Shown here: positions 38,291-50,530 of the stretch, in pieces
Numbering within the stretch: the first letter of the stretch is position 1
How the letters are laid out: each line of letters starts with the position of its first letter
Origin: Octopus bimaculoides
Lineage: Eukaryota
NCBI RefSeq assembly: GCF_001194135.2
Contig: NC_068997.1
Span: 39,191,504 to 39,255,503, forward strand
DNA: 64,000 nt
Direction of reading: 5' to 3'
The notes under the pieces: model-generated
What the model was told of the DNA's origin: nothing
Databases searched by the model: none
What the model saw: the letters and a program-made list of their open reading frames with translations, nothing else
Made by a program: the position numbers and the translations under genes

Positions 38291-39312
38291 NNNNNNNNNN
38301 NNNNNNNNNNNNNNNNNNNNNNNNNNNNNNNNNNNNNNNNNNNNNNNNNNNNNNNNNNNNNNNNNNNNNNNNNNNNNNNNNNNNNNNNNNNNNNNNNNNN
38401 NNNNNNNNNNNNNNNNNNNNNNNNNNNNNNNNNNNNNNNNNNNNNNNNNNNNNNNNNNNNNNNNNNNNNNNNNNNNNNNNNNNNNNNNNNNNNNNNNNNN
38501 NNNNNNNNNNNNNNNNNNNNNNNNNNNNNNNNNNNNNNNNNNNNNNNNNNNNNNNNNNNNNNNNNNNNNNNNNNNNNNNNNNNNNNNNNNNNNNNNNNNN
38601 NNNNNNNNNNNNNNNNNNNNNNNNNNNNNNNNNNNNNNNNNNNNNNNNNNNNNNNNNNNNNNNNNNNNNNNNNNNNNNNNNNNNNNNNNNNNNNNNNNNN
38701 NNNNNNNNNNNNNNNNNNNNNNNNNNNNNNNNNNNNNNNNNNNNNNNNNNNNNNNNNNNNNNNNNNNNNNNNNNNNNNNNNNNNNNNNNNNNNNNNNNNN
38801 NNNNNNNNNNNNNNNNNNNNNNNNNNNNNNNNNNNNNNNNNNNNNNNNNNNNNNNNNNNNNNNNNNNNNNNNNNNNNNNNNNNNNNNNNNNNNNNNNNNN
38901 NNNNNNNNNNNNNNNNNNNNNNNNNNNNNNNNNNNNNNNNNNNNNNNNNNNNNNNNNNNNNNNNNNNNNNNNNNNNNNNNNNNNNNNNNNNNNNNNNNNN
39001 NNNNNNNNNNNNNNNNNNNNNNNNNNNNNNNNNNNNNNNNNNNNNNNNNNNNNNNNNNNNNNNNNNNNNNNNNNNNNNNNNNNNNNNNNNNNNNNNNNNN
39101 NNNNNNNNNNNNNNNNNNNNNNNNNNNNNNNNNNNNNNNNNNNNNNNNNNNNNNNNNNNNNNNNNNNNNNNNNNNNNNNNNNNNNNNNNNNNNNNNNNNN
39201 NNNNNNNNNNNNNNNNNNNNNNNNNNNNNNNNNNNNNNNNNNNNNNNNNNNNNNNNNNNNNNNNNNNNNNNCTCCTCCTCTCTTGCTCTGATACCCACTT
39301 CCTCTCTCTCTC

Positions 39313-39346
<34 letters not shown>

Positions 39347-39351
39347 TATAT

Positions 39352-39503
39352 ATATACGACAGGTATCTTTTAGTTGCCGTCTACCACATCCACCCACAAA
39401 GCACTGGACGGCTATAGTAGAAGACACTTGCTCGAGATGCCATCCAATGGGACAGAAACTGGAATCATGTGGGAAGCAAACTTCTTACCATAGATTCACA
39501 CCT
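39352..39503 (-). mobile_element. Decayed SINE family B
   Basis: ggctatagtagaagacacttgc core shared with 3484-3610. Confidence 0.75.
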
Positions 39504-39755
39504 AATTAAAGTATATCATTTTAATTGACCCAGCCGGAGTTTGCATATAGTTTCTAAAACCTCAGACAGATTAGACAAATTCATAGCAAGAACAGTAAAT
39601 CAATCGATTACCCATCAATTTTACAATGTAGCTGCTACGTGTTTTAGTGTATTGTACCACAGAAAAGTACTTATCTAAATTCCAGATTCACTAAGTTTAG
39701 AATCCAGTTTTCTTGGATACAACGTAACGCAGTCAACATGATACGAACGAATTAG

Positions 39756-39952
39756 GGCGGTGAGATGGCAGAATTGTTAACACACCGAGCAAAATGCTTT
39801 CCTGCATATCGTCCATCTTTACATTTTGCGTTCAATTTCTACGAGGTCGACTTTGCCGGTCATCGTTTTGGAGTCGATAAAATATGTTGAACACTGGGGT
39901 CAATGTGATCAACCCCACCTCCGAAATTGCTGGCCTTGTGCCAAAATTCGAA
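39756..39952 (+). mobile_element. SINE family A with a perfect 17-bp target-site duplication
   Basis: acatgatacgaacgaat at 39736-39752 and 39957-39973. Confidence 0.92.
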
Positions 39953-40968
39953 AACGACATGATACGAACGAATGAGTCCATCCCTAATTCTATAGATTTT
40001 GTCAGCTGCGTTTCTGTGTTAGGTGAGTAAGGAAAATGAGTAAGGATACTGCATAAACCGAGATTTTAAGTGTATGTTTTTCATGATATGCTGGAGTTAG
40101 TCTACACACAACTCAGTCTCATTGGAAATTCTCTTTGCATGCTGATGATTATGACAGAGCCATTCAACAAGTTAAAGAAATTTAAATGATAAAAGAAATA
40201 ATTTTAAAAAATATGTATTTTTTCAAGTTTAGACTCTCGATTTGAATAAATGCTGTAATGCTCTTGCGAAAATGGAATAATTGAGTGATAGCTTCCGACA
40301 ATAAAACTATTGTTGTTAAATAATAAAGGTAAAAAAAAAAAAACACGAAGGAGAAACAAGAAATGTTCACAAACACAAACCGAATTACAAAGGCAACTGT
40401 CACTATACTAACAAAATCTGTAACAAAAAATTTTCTTTTCTAAATATTCCGATCTCTATATTTTGGGTTGCCAAGCTCAACTATTATTGTTACTGAATGT
40501 CATGTTTAATAAAAAGATTTGGTTCGTTGGATTATTTAGGAAACACAGAGAAAAGAAAATAACACCGTTTGTTCTACGATGAGATCTTTTTTTTGCTTAC
40601 TCTGTATAGAATCTTTCCGTTGTAACACCCGGCTTTAGAGTGGGGTTGGGTGACAAATGTCTGTGAAAAGAATCCATAAAAATAACCAATTCTTAATCAA
40701 TTCTTTTGTTCTTCACAGAACTTTCTTAAAGTTTCTCAAAGCTTCTCTCATTGATCAAAGACATCAAATGTATAAGCATTGTTTGAAACTTACGGACTAT
40801 TTATTTTTCAAGAAACGATAAAAGGATTAAAATAAAATTCAGAATCAAGCTATGAAGAAATAGAATTCTTCAGAATAAAACGTTAGTAATTTTAGAATAC
40901 GACTACAGGTTTCAACTAGGAAAGAAAGATATGAGGGCAATTAAACCGAGATATAAACAAGAAGGGAA

Positions 40969-41005
<37 letters not shown>

Positions 41006-41995
41006 NNNNNNNNNNNNNNNNNNNNNNNNNNNNNNNNNNNNNNNNNNNNNNNNNNNNNNNNNNNNNNNNNNNNNNNNNNNNNNNNNNNNNNNNNNNNNNN
41101 NNNNNNNNNNNNNNNNNNNNNNNNNNNNNNNNNNNNNNNNNNNNNNNNNNNNNNNNNNNNNNNNNNNNNNNNNNNNNNNNNNNNNNNNNNNNNNNNNNNN
41201 NNNNNNNNNNNNNNNNNNNNNNNNNNNNNNNNNNNNNNNNNNNNNNNNNNNNNNNNNNNNNNNNNNNNNNGAATGTAACGCTTCAGGCTGTCAAAAACAT
41301 CAGTTGGCATCAGGTGTTGCCTCAGCTTCGAAATATTCTTAAAACTATTTGCTCCTCAAATCGTGCCCACAGCATTTAATCTTAAATTAGAAAAGGCTCA
41401 TATAAGAAAATGACTATTTCTTTAGTTTTGAATTTCCATTTCAAATTCATTTGCTAAAAACTAATGTTATACTTCATTTTTCACTATTTGTCAAAAGCAA
41501 TTACCTTGTTTTTCCGTTACTATCTTAAATGTTATATACAACCTGGGAGCATGTTTTTTTCTTCTTTTAAATTGTTTTCTGTAAATTCTAATATTAAAAC
41601 GGCAGATAATTTGCTAAAATTAACCACAAAACCTGCTCAAGTTTTATAAAATATTTTGAAGCAAAATCTATATAACAAACGTTTTATCTATCTGCGTCTG
41701 TATTAGTACTTCAAAGGACATCAAAATTATTCTAGCAGACAAGCTTACAATAGAGTAGCAGAAAAAAAGAATAGTGTTATTCACAATGAAATGGATCTGT
41801 TATGTAAACAGATACTTAAAAAAAAAAAAATCTTTTCAGATGATACATAGACGCACACTTTGATGTACTCGTAGCTGCTGTATGGTCCGGGGTTCGATTG
41901 CACTGCGCCTTCAGCAAATGTACTTTATTTCAGCTTCCTCATGACGGAAGTTTTTCATATCCAGAAATTTTGCGGTATCCTGTCGTGACTGTTAA

Positions 41996-42034
<39 letters not shown>

Positions 42035-42369
42035 GTGTGTGTGTATCTATATGTATGTATGTATGTATGTATGCATGTATATATATNNNNNNNNNNNNNN
42101 NNNNNNNNNNNNNNNNNNNNNNNNNNNNNNNNNNNNNNNNNNNNNNNNNNNNNNNNNNNNNNNNNNNNNNNNNNNNNNNNNNNNNNNNNNNNNNNNNNNN
42201 NNNNNNNNNNNNNNNNNNNNNNNNNNNNNNNNNNNNNNNNNNNNNNNNNNNNNNNNNNNNNNNNNNNNNNNNNNNNNNNNNNNNNNNNNNNNNNNNNNNN
42301 NNNNNNNNNNNNNNNNNNNNNNNNNNNNNNNNNNNNNNNNNNNNNNNNNNNNNNNNNNNNNNNNNNNNN

Positions 42370-42460
42370 GTGGAGTGGGGAGGCTGGTTTACACGGACGA
42401 CTGTTGGTCTTCTATAAACAACCTTGCCCAGACTTGTGCCTCAGAAGGGGAACTTTCTCT
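42370..42460 (+). mobile_element. 3' part of SINE family C
   Basis: Matches the reverse complement of about 2115-2205 (aacaaccttgccc..ttgtgcctc.gaagggga). Confidence 0.7.
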
Positions 42461-42631
42461 TTTACCCTTTAACAGTCAAGTACTAAGGCTGATACAATCG
42501 ACTATCCTCTCCAGACGAGTTTCTTACCTTGTTCCTGAAGAATAAATTATAGATTTGGATAACTTCTCGGGTATAATGTAAAGGAGAACCACGTCATGTT
42601 TTTCAGCAGATATAAACCTTTTCCTGCACCG

Positions 42632-45241
42632 CAGTGGTTCTCAAACTTTACTTTTCTCTGGCCCATATTTTGTGTCCGAAAAAATCCCAGGCCCGCATAT
42701 TGAAATCCGAAATTTCTATTGGAAAAATATATCTGTTTAAAAATCTAGTAGAAAATAGAAAGTATGTTTAATGACAACAATGTTCTTGGTGTCTTGCTAT
42801 CAGCTTGTCCAACTCATATTCCAAATCTTGGTTCAATTTCAGGTGTAAATCACCTCTCTTTCCAATGTGCAAAACATTTCGCTTATTTGTCAGCACATCA
42901 TTTGCAGCAGAAATTCTCGCCTTAACCAGCCTGGTGATAGGAAACTATAGTAGGAATAGAACAACCTTTTCAAAGAGCAAAGGTTGAGAGGATTTTACTT
43001 CCAACCATTCCATTAATCCTTCGTTTTCAGTCTTTTCCATTAATAGATTATTTTCTTTCAATTTAAGATCTCAGGCAATGATGGAATCAACGTCTTGCTC
43101 ACTTAAGACATCAAAATTAGCAATGTCGGTAATCCACTTAGGCGAATTGGTTTCGATGATATCTCTAAATTTTCTATTCGTATTTCTTTTAAGCTCTGCA
43201 AGTGGTTCGCATAGCTTGCAATGATTTCTGGAGTTGGACAAGTTTTGACCAAATTGCAAAAGACGGCAAACTCATTCGTATGTAGATGTAACTTCCAGGG
43301 GCTTGATTTATTTATAAAAGCGAGTACTTTCTCAATACAGTCCATAACAATGGCATTTCGTCCTTGCTATGTCCAGTTGGGATGATTGACATGGACAAAC
43401 AATTTCATCACCGAATATAAGATCTTGGCTTTATCTTTCTGTTTCTTAGTGCGAGCCAGTGTTTCCATGCGATGAGCAAAGGTAAGAACCGTATTCCATA
43501 TTTCAGCTAGACGATCAAGATAATTTTTCCTTGGAAAGCCACATCATTCCAGTGTGCATGGGAAGTGCCTGGTGATTCCTCTTCTTCGCATAATTGCTGA
43601 AATATTCTGTCATGCAAAACGTTGCCTTGGAGAAAATTCACTGCTGAAATAGCAACTTGCAATGCTGTTTCCATATAACCGTTGAGAGATTTAGCAGCAA
43701 GATGTTCTCGATGAACAATCTAATAAATGAATAATATGCAAGAGGTATCTTCTATTAATTTTGCAAAGAGTCCATTGTGTTTGAGATCTGCAGCAGATTT
43801 GCCAAAAGGATTTTTTCTCTTGCAGGGAACTGCATACAACCGAATACATAGTATCGCTTCGTGTATTCGGCAACTTCTAGATGAAATAACATTTTTTGAA
43901 GAATTTTTAATCCTTCAAAGTACTGAACATAAGTCAGTAATGAAGCGGAGTTATTAATTGTTGTCTCATCAATTTGAAATGAGAACTTTGAAACTCTTAG
44001 CTTTACTAACAGCTGTTCTTCAAGGTTTACTGCCATTTCATCCTACCAACTTCTGACAGTGTCATTCGACGAATGGATTTTCGGTGAAACGTTTATAGCT
44101 TCTTGTCCTAGCAGTTCCTTTGTACACATCACTATTGCTGGTTTCACCAGTCATTCTCAAATTGTGTGAGGCTTACCAACTTTAGCAACCAATTCACTTA
44201 CTGTATAGCTGGCTCCAAGTATCTTCAAATTGTGCTCATTTGCTCTTTTCATATATGATTGAAGTGGTTTAGGTTTATTGTTCTGTTGTAATTCTGCTTT
44301 CTTCTCAAAATAACTAAGTTCTTTGCCTACGGAACCAGGTTGCCTCTGTTGCTGATGTGCTTGTAACTTTGATTTTTGTATACAATCATTCGTCATTATC
44401 AATAGACAATCTACACACTGAGACTTTTCAGAATCATCATTTGATGGCAAAAAGCCAAGTAATAAAGCATCTTGCAGGTAATTGCGCGTAATCTTCCTTT
44501 TGTTTGAACTTCTTGTGCTCATTGCGGAAAGTCGAAGGGTACTAAAATTAGAATAAAAATCAAAAAACGCGTGAAGGAAGGAAGGAAATCTTTGTCACAT
44601 TTAAAATAATCAAACGTTAACTTTTAAACCAGATATTGTGTTTAAATAACAAAACTTTAATAAGTCATTAATATCTAACTGTACAAAGGTTGATTAATTG
44701 TGCTAACAGCATTCAGATGAACGAGTCATTTTAAAATCCACAATATAATTTTTCTTAATGGAACTTGTCAAATTGTAACTCATCACCTTACATTTAATAT
44801 ACTAAAATTGCTGGTCCCAAATTCAAAGGGCAAAAATAAGGCAAACAGATTTTGAGCAGAATACTGCGTTTTTTTACAAGTTTCAACAACGTTCTCAGGT
44901 GCTGTAAAAGATCTATCAATCAGCGGCCAATCAATAATCTACGAAGCGAGACATCATCCAACTCAAATCAGCCGACAGAGTGCGCATTTATAGGAGTATT
45001 GAGGCGTACTGACGTCAGTACGCCTATAACTGCGAACTCCATGAACATGCAGGTGTTAGACTGACATACCCTTAGAAAATAGTTACTGCTTTTATAATTT
45101 GATGCCAGTGCACAAGTGTAAAATTTCTATTACAGTAGAGAAAACAGGAATTTTAAAGGTAACATTTTTGTGGGACCACTCCCAGGCCCACTTAAAATTT
45201 TCCTTGGTCCACTCGTGGGCCTCACCGTTTAAGAACCACTG
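42632..45241 (-). mobile_element. Near full-length hAT (Buster/Charlie-like) DNA transposon with a pseudogenised transposase (about 44522 to 42780)
   Basis: TIRs cagtggttctcaaac (42632) and gtttaagaaccactg (ends 45241), 14/15 matching. BED-finger relic SQCVDC, ASYTVSELVAKVGKPHTI, FSFQIDETT (first catalytic D) and C-terminal KRNVLHIGKRGDLHLKL. Several stops and frameshifts. Confidence 0.92.
45002..45025. promoter_or_regulatory. Perfect 24-bp palindrome centred on TGACGTCA (CRE/ATF consensus) upstream of the hAT transposase
   Basis: aggcgtactgacgtcagtacgcct equals its own reverse complement. The regulatory function is inferred only. Confidence 0.4.
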
Positions 45242-45437
45242 CTATAGAGCAAATTATATCGCCTTTTCTCAGGAAATACTATAATTAAATGCAGAAGCGT
45301 ATACGACTATACATATGCACACAATATTTGTACGAGCATGGTGATCGAGTTTAGCCGTGTGGTTTCTTCCTGTTTAACACCTAACTCTCTATATAAAACT
45401 AGCAACCAATGGCGCATTCTCGCCCGCTCCTTTAGAA

Positions 45438-45647
45438 GTGATGAGCTGGCAGAACCGTTAGCACGCCGGGAAAAATGCTTAGCAGCATTTCCTCCGTCTT
45501 TACGTTCTAAGTTCAAATTCTGCTGAGGTCGACTTCGCCTTTCATTCTTTCAGGGTCGATAAAATAAGTACCAATTGAACAATGAGATCAATGTAATCGA
45601 CTTACTCGCTTCCTAAAATTGCTGGTCTTCCGCCAACATTCGAAATC
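45438..45647 (+). mobile_element. SINE family A
   Basis: Homologous to the other family A copies. Confidence 0.88.
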
Positions 45648-46627
45648 AATATCTGTACGGACATTTACATTGAATCAGCACTTAAACTCAGTTCTTCTTT
45701 ATAACGGTTTGTTTATGAAGATCTCCATCTGAGTACGACGCTTGTCTAATGTAGGGTGTTTCTCGCTGGATACGTTAACTACACTTCTGCTTTACAGTAC
45801 TGTCACTGCTTATGTATCAGTCATCACCTTAACACTCTCAAATTGTCTGTTTGTCTGTCTTTCTCTCAAATAAACTCAAAGACTTTTATATCCTTCTAAT
45901 GTGTATATTTTTGTATACAAATGCCTGAAATTTTTAATTTCTCTAAATATTTGTATATACATTTTGCGCGTTTATTTTGTTGTTCTGTGAGTATGCATAT
46001 ATGTCCTTCAGTGTGTATATGTACATGTGAGAGTGCATCTAAATATAAGCTATTTAAACCTAGAAAGAGAGTGTAGGGATAGTTCGATAGCAATTAGTTT
46101 TTCTCCGTTTGTGTATGAAATTTTGTAAGTGTTCACTTACATATGTGTGAATGTGTATTATGATAGAGAATTTGGAAGAGTAAGAGAATGGGAAGAACAA
46201 TTTAATAAAGGATGAAATTCGAGCCAGTCAGACGCAAAATTGCTTCTGTGATGTCGTACTATATCTAAGTAGAAGTTGATAAATTAATTCTCAAATATAA
46301 CTTGCTAAAGCATTAAAGCGTAAAACTGAAATCAATAACTTTGAAAACTTTCACTAAGCTTTCATGACATATAACTGGGGATTTCGTTTAATTTTAGGAG
46401 AAAGAGAGAGTGAGAGATAAAGGAGAGATAGAAAAAAAAACTCCAGAAAGAAAAAAATAAAGAGAAAGATTTGATAAAAAGCGAGCATTTTGAAATAGCT
46501 GTGATTTAGATGATTTGAGCAGTACTAGTTTGTAGAGCTGTTATGCCAAATGTTTGTAGGGTAATTTCCCGGATGTAGAATCAAAATAGAAGCTTATAAA
46601 GGAGTTGATTTATTTATCTATTATTAA

Positions 46628-46842
46628 GGCGGCGAGCTGGCAAAAACGTTGGCACGCCGGGCGAAATGCTTAGCGGTATTTCGTCTGTCTTTTACGTTCT
46701 GAGTTCAAATTCCGCCGGGGTCGACTTTCGCTTCCATCCTTTCGAGGTCAATTAATTAAGTTCCAGTTGCGTACTAGGGTACATCTAATCGACTGGCCCA
46801 CTCCCCCATAATTTCAGGCCTTGTACCTCGAGTAGAAAAGGA
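46628..46842 (+). mobile_element. SINE family A (well preserved)
   Basis: ggcggcgagctggcaaaaacg..gagttcaaattccgcc. Imperfect gatttatt..tattat flanking duplication. Confidence 0.9.
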
Positions 46843-46934
46843 TTTATTTATTATCGAGTCGCTACATTGCCAACCTCTCGAACTGGTTGTAAAAGACTCT
46901 AGGCATGAATATTTCTTCTTTCTCTCCGCTACCC

Positions 46935-47134
46935 TTCTGCTTTCATGAGACATTATCTATCTATCTATCTATCTAGGTTGTTCTACAGGACGCTCCAAGA
47001 CTGTTTCCACACGTTTTCCCCGTTTAGCTCGGTGTTCCATAGTGGTCCTTAGCTCCTGTACCCCTTCCATACCAGTATCATCCAGCAAGTTCTTGATATA
47101 GGTCGTCTTCCTCCTTCCTCTCCCGCGAGAGACA
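46935..47134 (-). mobile_element. RTE-clade LINE 3' end with (ATAG)n tail
   Basis: Minus-strand SRGRGRRKTTYIKNLLDDTGMEGVQELRTTMEHR is an RTE C-terminus. It is followed by (atct)n on the plus strand. Confidence 0.7.
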
Positions 47135-47799
47135 TTAAACTGAAATTACAGGAACTTCGTCTTCATGAAATTTGGTTAGTGGTTTGCACAGTTTCAGCAT
47201 GTCCTGAGTGATTTCCAAGCGGAATTGCTTCTGCTGCTCCACCAGCACTTTGGGGACGAATTTCGCCGATACACTCCGCATGAACAAACCCTCCGTTAAA
47301 ATGGAGTGTACTGATCTTGTGCTTATTCCTATTTCATGAGCAATTTCCTGGATTGTCACATGACAGTCTCCTATGACTATTCACCGAACTTTCTCAATCG
47401 GCTCCTCACTTCGGTTTGTGGATGTTCTGTCTGAGTGTGCCTAGCTCCCCACTGAGACACAGCTGTGTTTGAAGCGGTTGCAATACTCCTTATTCTGAGT
47501 TTTGCCCGTGGCATCATCGTCAAAGCTCTACTGAATCTTCTGGATGATTTGAGCTTGAGTATCACTAAGATTTAGGTAAAACGTGATGCATTGCTCGATG
47601 CATTCGGTGAAAACGAAAATCCGACGAGCGTACACTACACGTCTGTACTCTAGGCGTAACAGTCGCGAATTGATGCAGGCTACTGGCGTGACAATTTCCA
47701 CGCAAGCGCAGAAAGGGTAGTGTCTCCTCTTACCCAAAGGATTCAGTTTTATTTTCGGTGGGATAAAAATAAACTTGGACACTTTTTGAACGCAACTCG
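47135..47799 (-). mobile_element. Truncated mariner DNA transposon (5' TIR plus N-terminal transposase)
   Basis: Terminus ta-cgagttgcgttcaaaaagt. Peptides EQCITFYLNLSDTQAQIIQKIQ and TIQEIAHEIGISTRSVHSILTEGLFMRSVSAKFVPKVL (HTH and the WVPKxL equivalent). Confidence 0.88.
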
Positions 47800-48339
47800 T
47801 AAATATATATATATATAACAATATAAAAATATACAGTTTAAACATGGTCTGATTTTCACGGTTTTTATTATGGTATTTTAACAAAACTAGCGCTTTCATA
47901 CATAGTGTACTCATCAGATTTTAAATGTTTTTCTGACAGTTGAGTTCTTGACAACTTTAGTGAGGTTGGAAGAAAGAGAAAAGAATATTAGAATATTCAG
48001 ACCTATTCTGAATGGAAATGACAGCAATAATATAACAACCAGTTAGTGATGTGGATTAATAAATATAAACAAGTTATAGAATATCGGTACGCCTGGCATA
48101 CCATGATGTTTAAATGCATGTGGATTGATCAAAAAGGTATTCTAAAGATTCAGCTGGCTGGACCATTCTAAGAGGTACTAAAGTTGTCAGTTAAACACAT
48201 TTGAAATCTGATGAGTGTACACTTTGTAATGAAAGCGCTAATTTTGTTAAAAATACCATAAAAAACGTGGAAACCAGACTGTGCATTAACTTTATTCAAC
48301 TGATATATCATTCTATACACATTCACACAAATTTGAAAC

Positions 48340-48540
<201 letters not shown>

Positions 48541-48559
48541 CATAATAATAATGCATTAT

Positions 48560-49320
48560 TATAATTATGCGTTAAGGAAAGTGAATTCTCGGAGAAAATC
48601 CAGTATAGTCGAGCTAATTCTAACAACAATAGACCACGTAGAACTAGAACTAAGAAAGCTTTGTGGTTTAACCCCGCATTTAATATTGCCGTAAAACCAA
48701 TATGGGTAGGGAATTCTTAAAGTTAGTTTCTAAACATTTTCAATCTAGTTCTATAGAATTTTTAATAGGAGAACACTGAAAGTTTGCTATTCTTGTTGCA
48801 AAATCTTCGCCTCTTTTATTAATCAGCATAACACAAAAATTATTACAAACAATTACTGTGTCAAATCTAATCTGAGGAATTGCAACTTCAAAGATATAAC
48901 TTGCTGTTCGTTGGAAGGTAAATGTTTTGAAAAAGGAATAGTTTATAGAGCCAAAGTGCAAGTAGATGGCTCACAAGAATATAAAACTTACACAGGGGCT
49001 TCGGAAAATTCATTCAAGACTCGATTCTGTTCCCACCGAAATTCTTTCCGATACCCCGAGAATAGGATAGCAGCTAGTATTGCAAATCATGTCTTGGAAT
49101 TAAAAGAGAATGACACCTGTCAATTTCAATATAACCTGGGTGAATCAAAAAAAAAAAAAAGACATCATCATACAGACGTGGGGCTTATAAAAGACTCATG
49201 AAATGCAATCTTTGCCTCTCAGAAAAGTTCTTCATCCTATTCCAGGATAAACATGCTATGAACAAGAGACGCGAGCTCTTAAATTCATGCAGGCACATTG
49301 CGAGGTTTAAAATGTCAATC
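48560..49320 (+). mobile_element. Penelope-like element fragment (linker plus GIY-YIG endonuclease), possibly Naiad-type
   Basis: KALWFNPAFN, FNRRTLKVCYS, NCN..CCSLEGKC, GIVYRAKV..YTGASENSFKTRFCSHRNSF, KCNLCLSEK and NSCRH. Confidence 0.85.
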
Positions 49321-49450
49321 GATAAAATACCGTATGGGCAAAATTTTTGACTTTCGGAAAATTTTGTCTGCTGCATTTGAATTTGACTTTACACCTTATA
49401 GTTTTTTTGTATTAAAATTTTAAGAAAGCTTTCGACTGTTTTAAAAATTT

Positions 49451-49500
49451 AAGCTTAAGTTTCGCCGAGGTTTATTTTTATTGTTCACTCTCGGATTTAG
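49451..49500 (-). ncRNA. Decayed hammerhead ribozyme relic downstream of Penelope fragment 1
   Basis: Minus strand ccgag..ctcgg-c-GAAA-cttaag (stem II, GAAA, palindromic stem III). The CUGANGA core is lost (ctaaat). Confidence 0.3.
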
Positions 49501-49710
49501 TTATGTTGCATTAATTCATTGTGAAATTTATTGTGCAATTTCCTTATTTTAACATCTTAATATTATATATAGCAGACATTTAAAAAAAAATGTTTGCTTA
49601 TATACGTTATGATGTATATATTCATCTTGATGTGTAGATATGTTTCTCTCTATATTTGTGCATGTATGTATTTTGGGTATGTGTTTGTATGTATATGTAT
49701 GTGTGTGTAC

Positions 49711-49773
<63 letters not shown>

Positions 49774-50530
49774 TGTATGTGTGTATATATATGGGTAAGT
49801 ATTTGTGCATATATTTATTTGTATATTTGTATGGGTGTCTATATATGTGTGTATTTGTATGTATGTTTGTATGAATTTTATGTGTTTTTTCGCAAGCTGA
49901 ACGAAGTATCTAACTTTCATTAGATCCTTTTAGGAATGCCAATCATTTCACTCTCTCTACCTCTGCATATGCTTCCCTTTCTCTCTCTAATTTCCTGTTT
50001 CTTTTTCTTTTATTCCTTTTTCTCCTAAGTTGTATAAGCATACACCAGGTGGTTTTGTGCGCATGCGTGTGCGTGCGGACATACGTATATATGCATTTGT
50101 ATGTATTCATGTTTTGCCTATATATGTCTGTATATGCGTGTAGCCATATGCCTACATCTGTATGTTTAGTGTATATACGTATATCATAAATTATTTGGTA
50201 TGTGTATGTATTGCTAAATCTATATGTATGTTAGCCTGAAAAATTTTTAAGCGGATATCTTTTAATCTATTAATTTATTATTATTTTTACAGCTAATTAT
50301 TTACCCCAGGTATTCAGGCCTTTTTTCTTGTTCATAAGCTATTTTTGATTGAAGGTTTTCTTCGATTTTTATAATATGATTTTAAACGGCAATTTGTTAT
50401 TTCATGCAATCGGTTATTGAAAAGACCGTTAGCTGAGAGGATCAGCGAAACGAAACCATTTTCAAATGTGTATCTATCAAAATAATTGCATTTCTGCATA
50501 TAACTTCATCTTGCTCCATTCTAAACAAAA

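Noticed and set aside
45398-45424. Helitron 3' end on the minus strand (ggcg/cgcc hairpin then CTAGT)
   Set aside because: Only a 4-bp stem and no traceable body, so compatible with chance.
50420-50460. gctga-gagga-tcagc-gaaac hairpin as a hammerhead
   Set aside because: No CUGANGA core upstream and no stem III. At most a relic.
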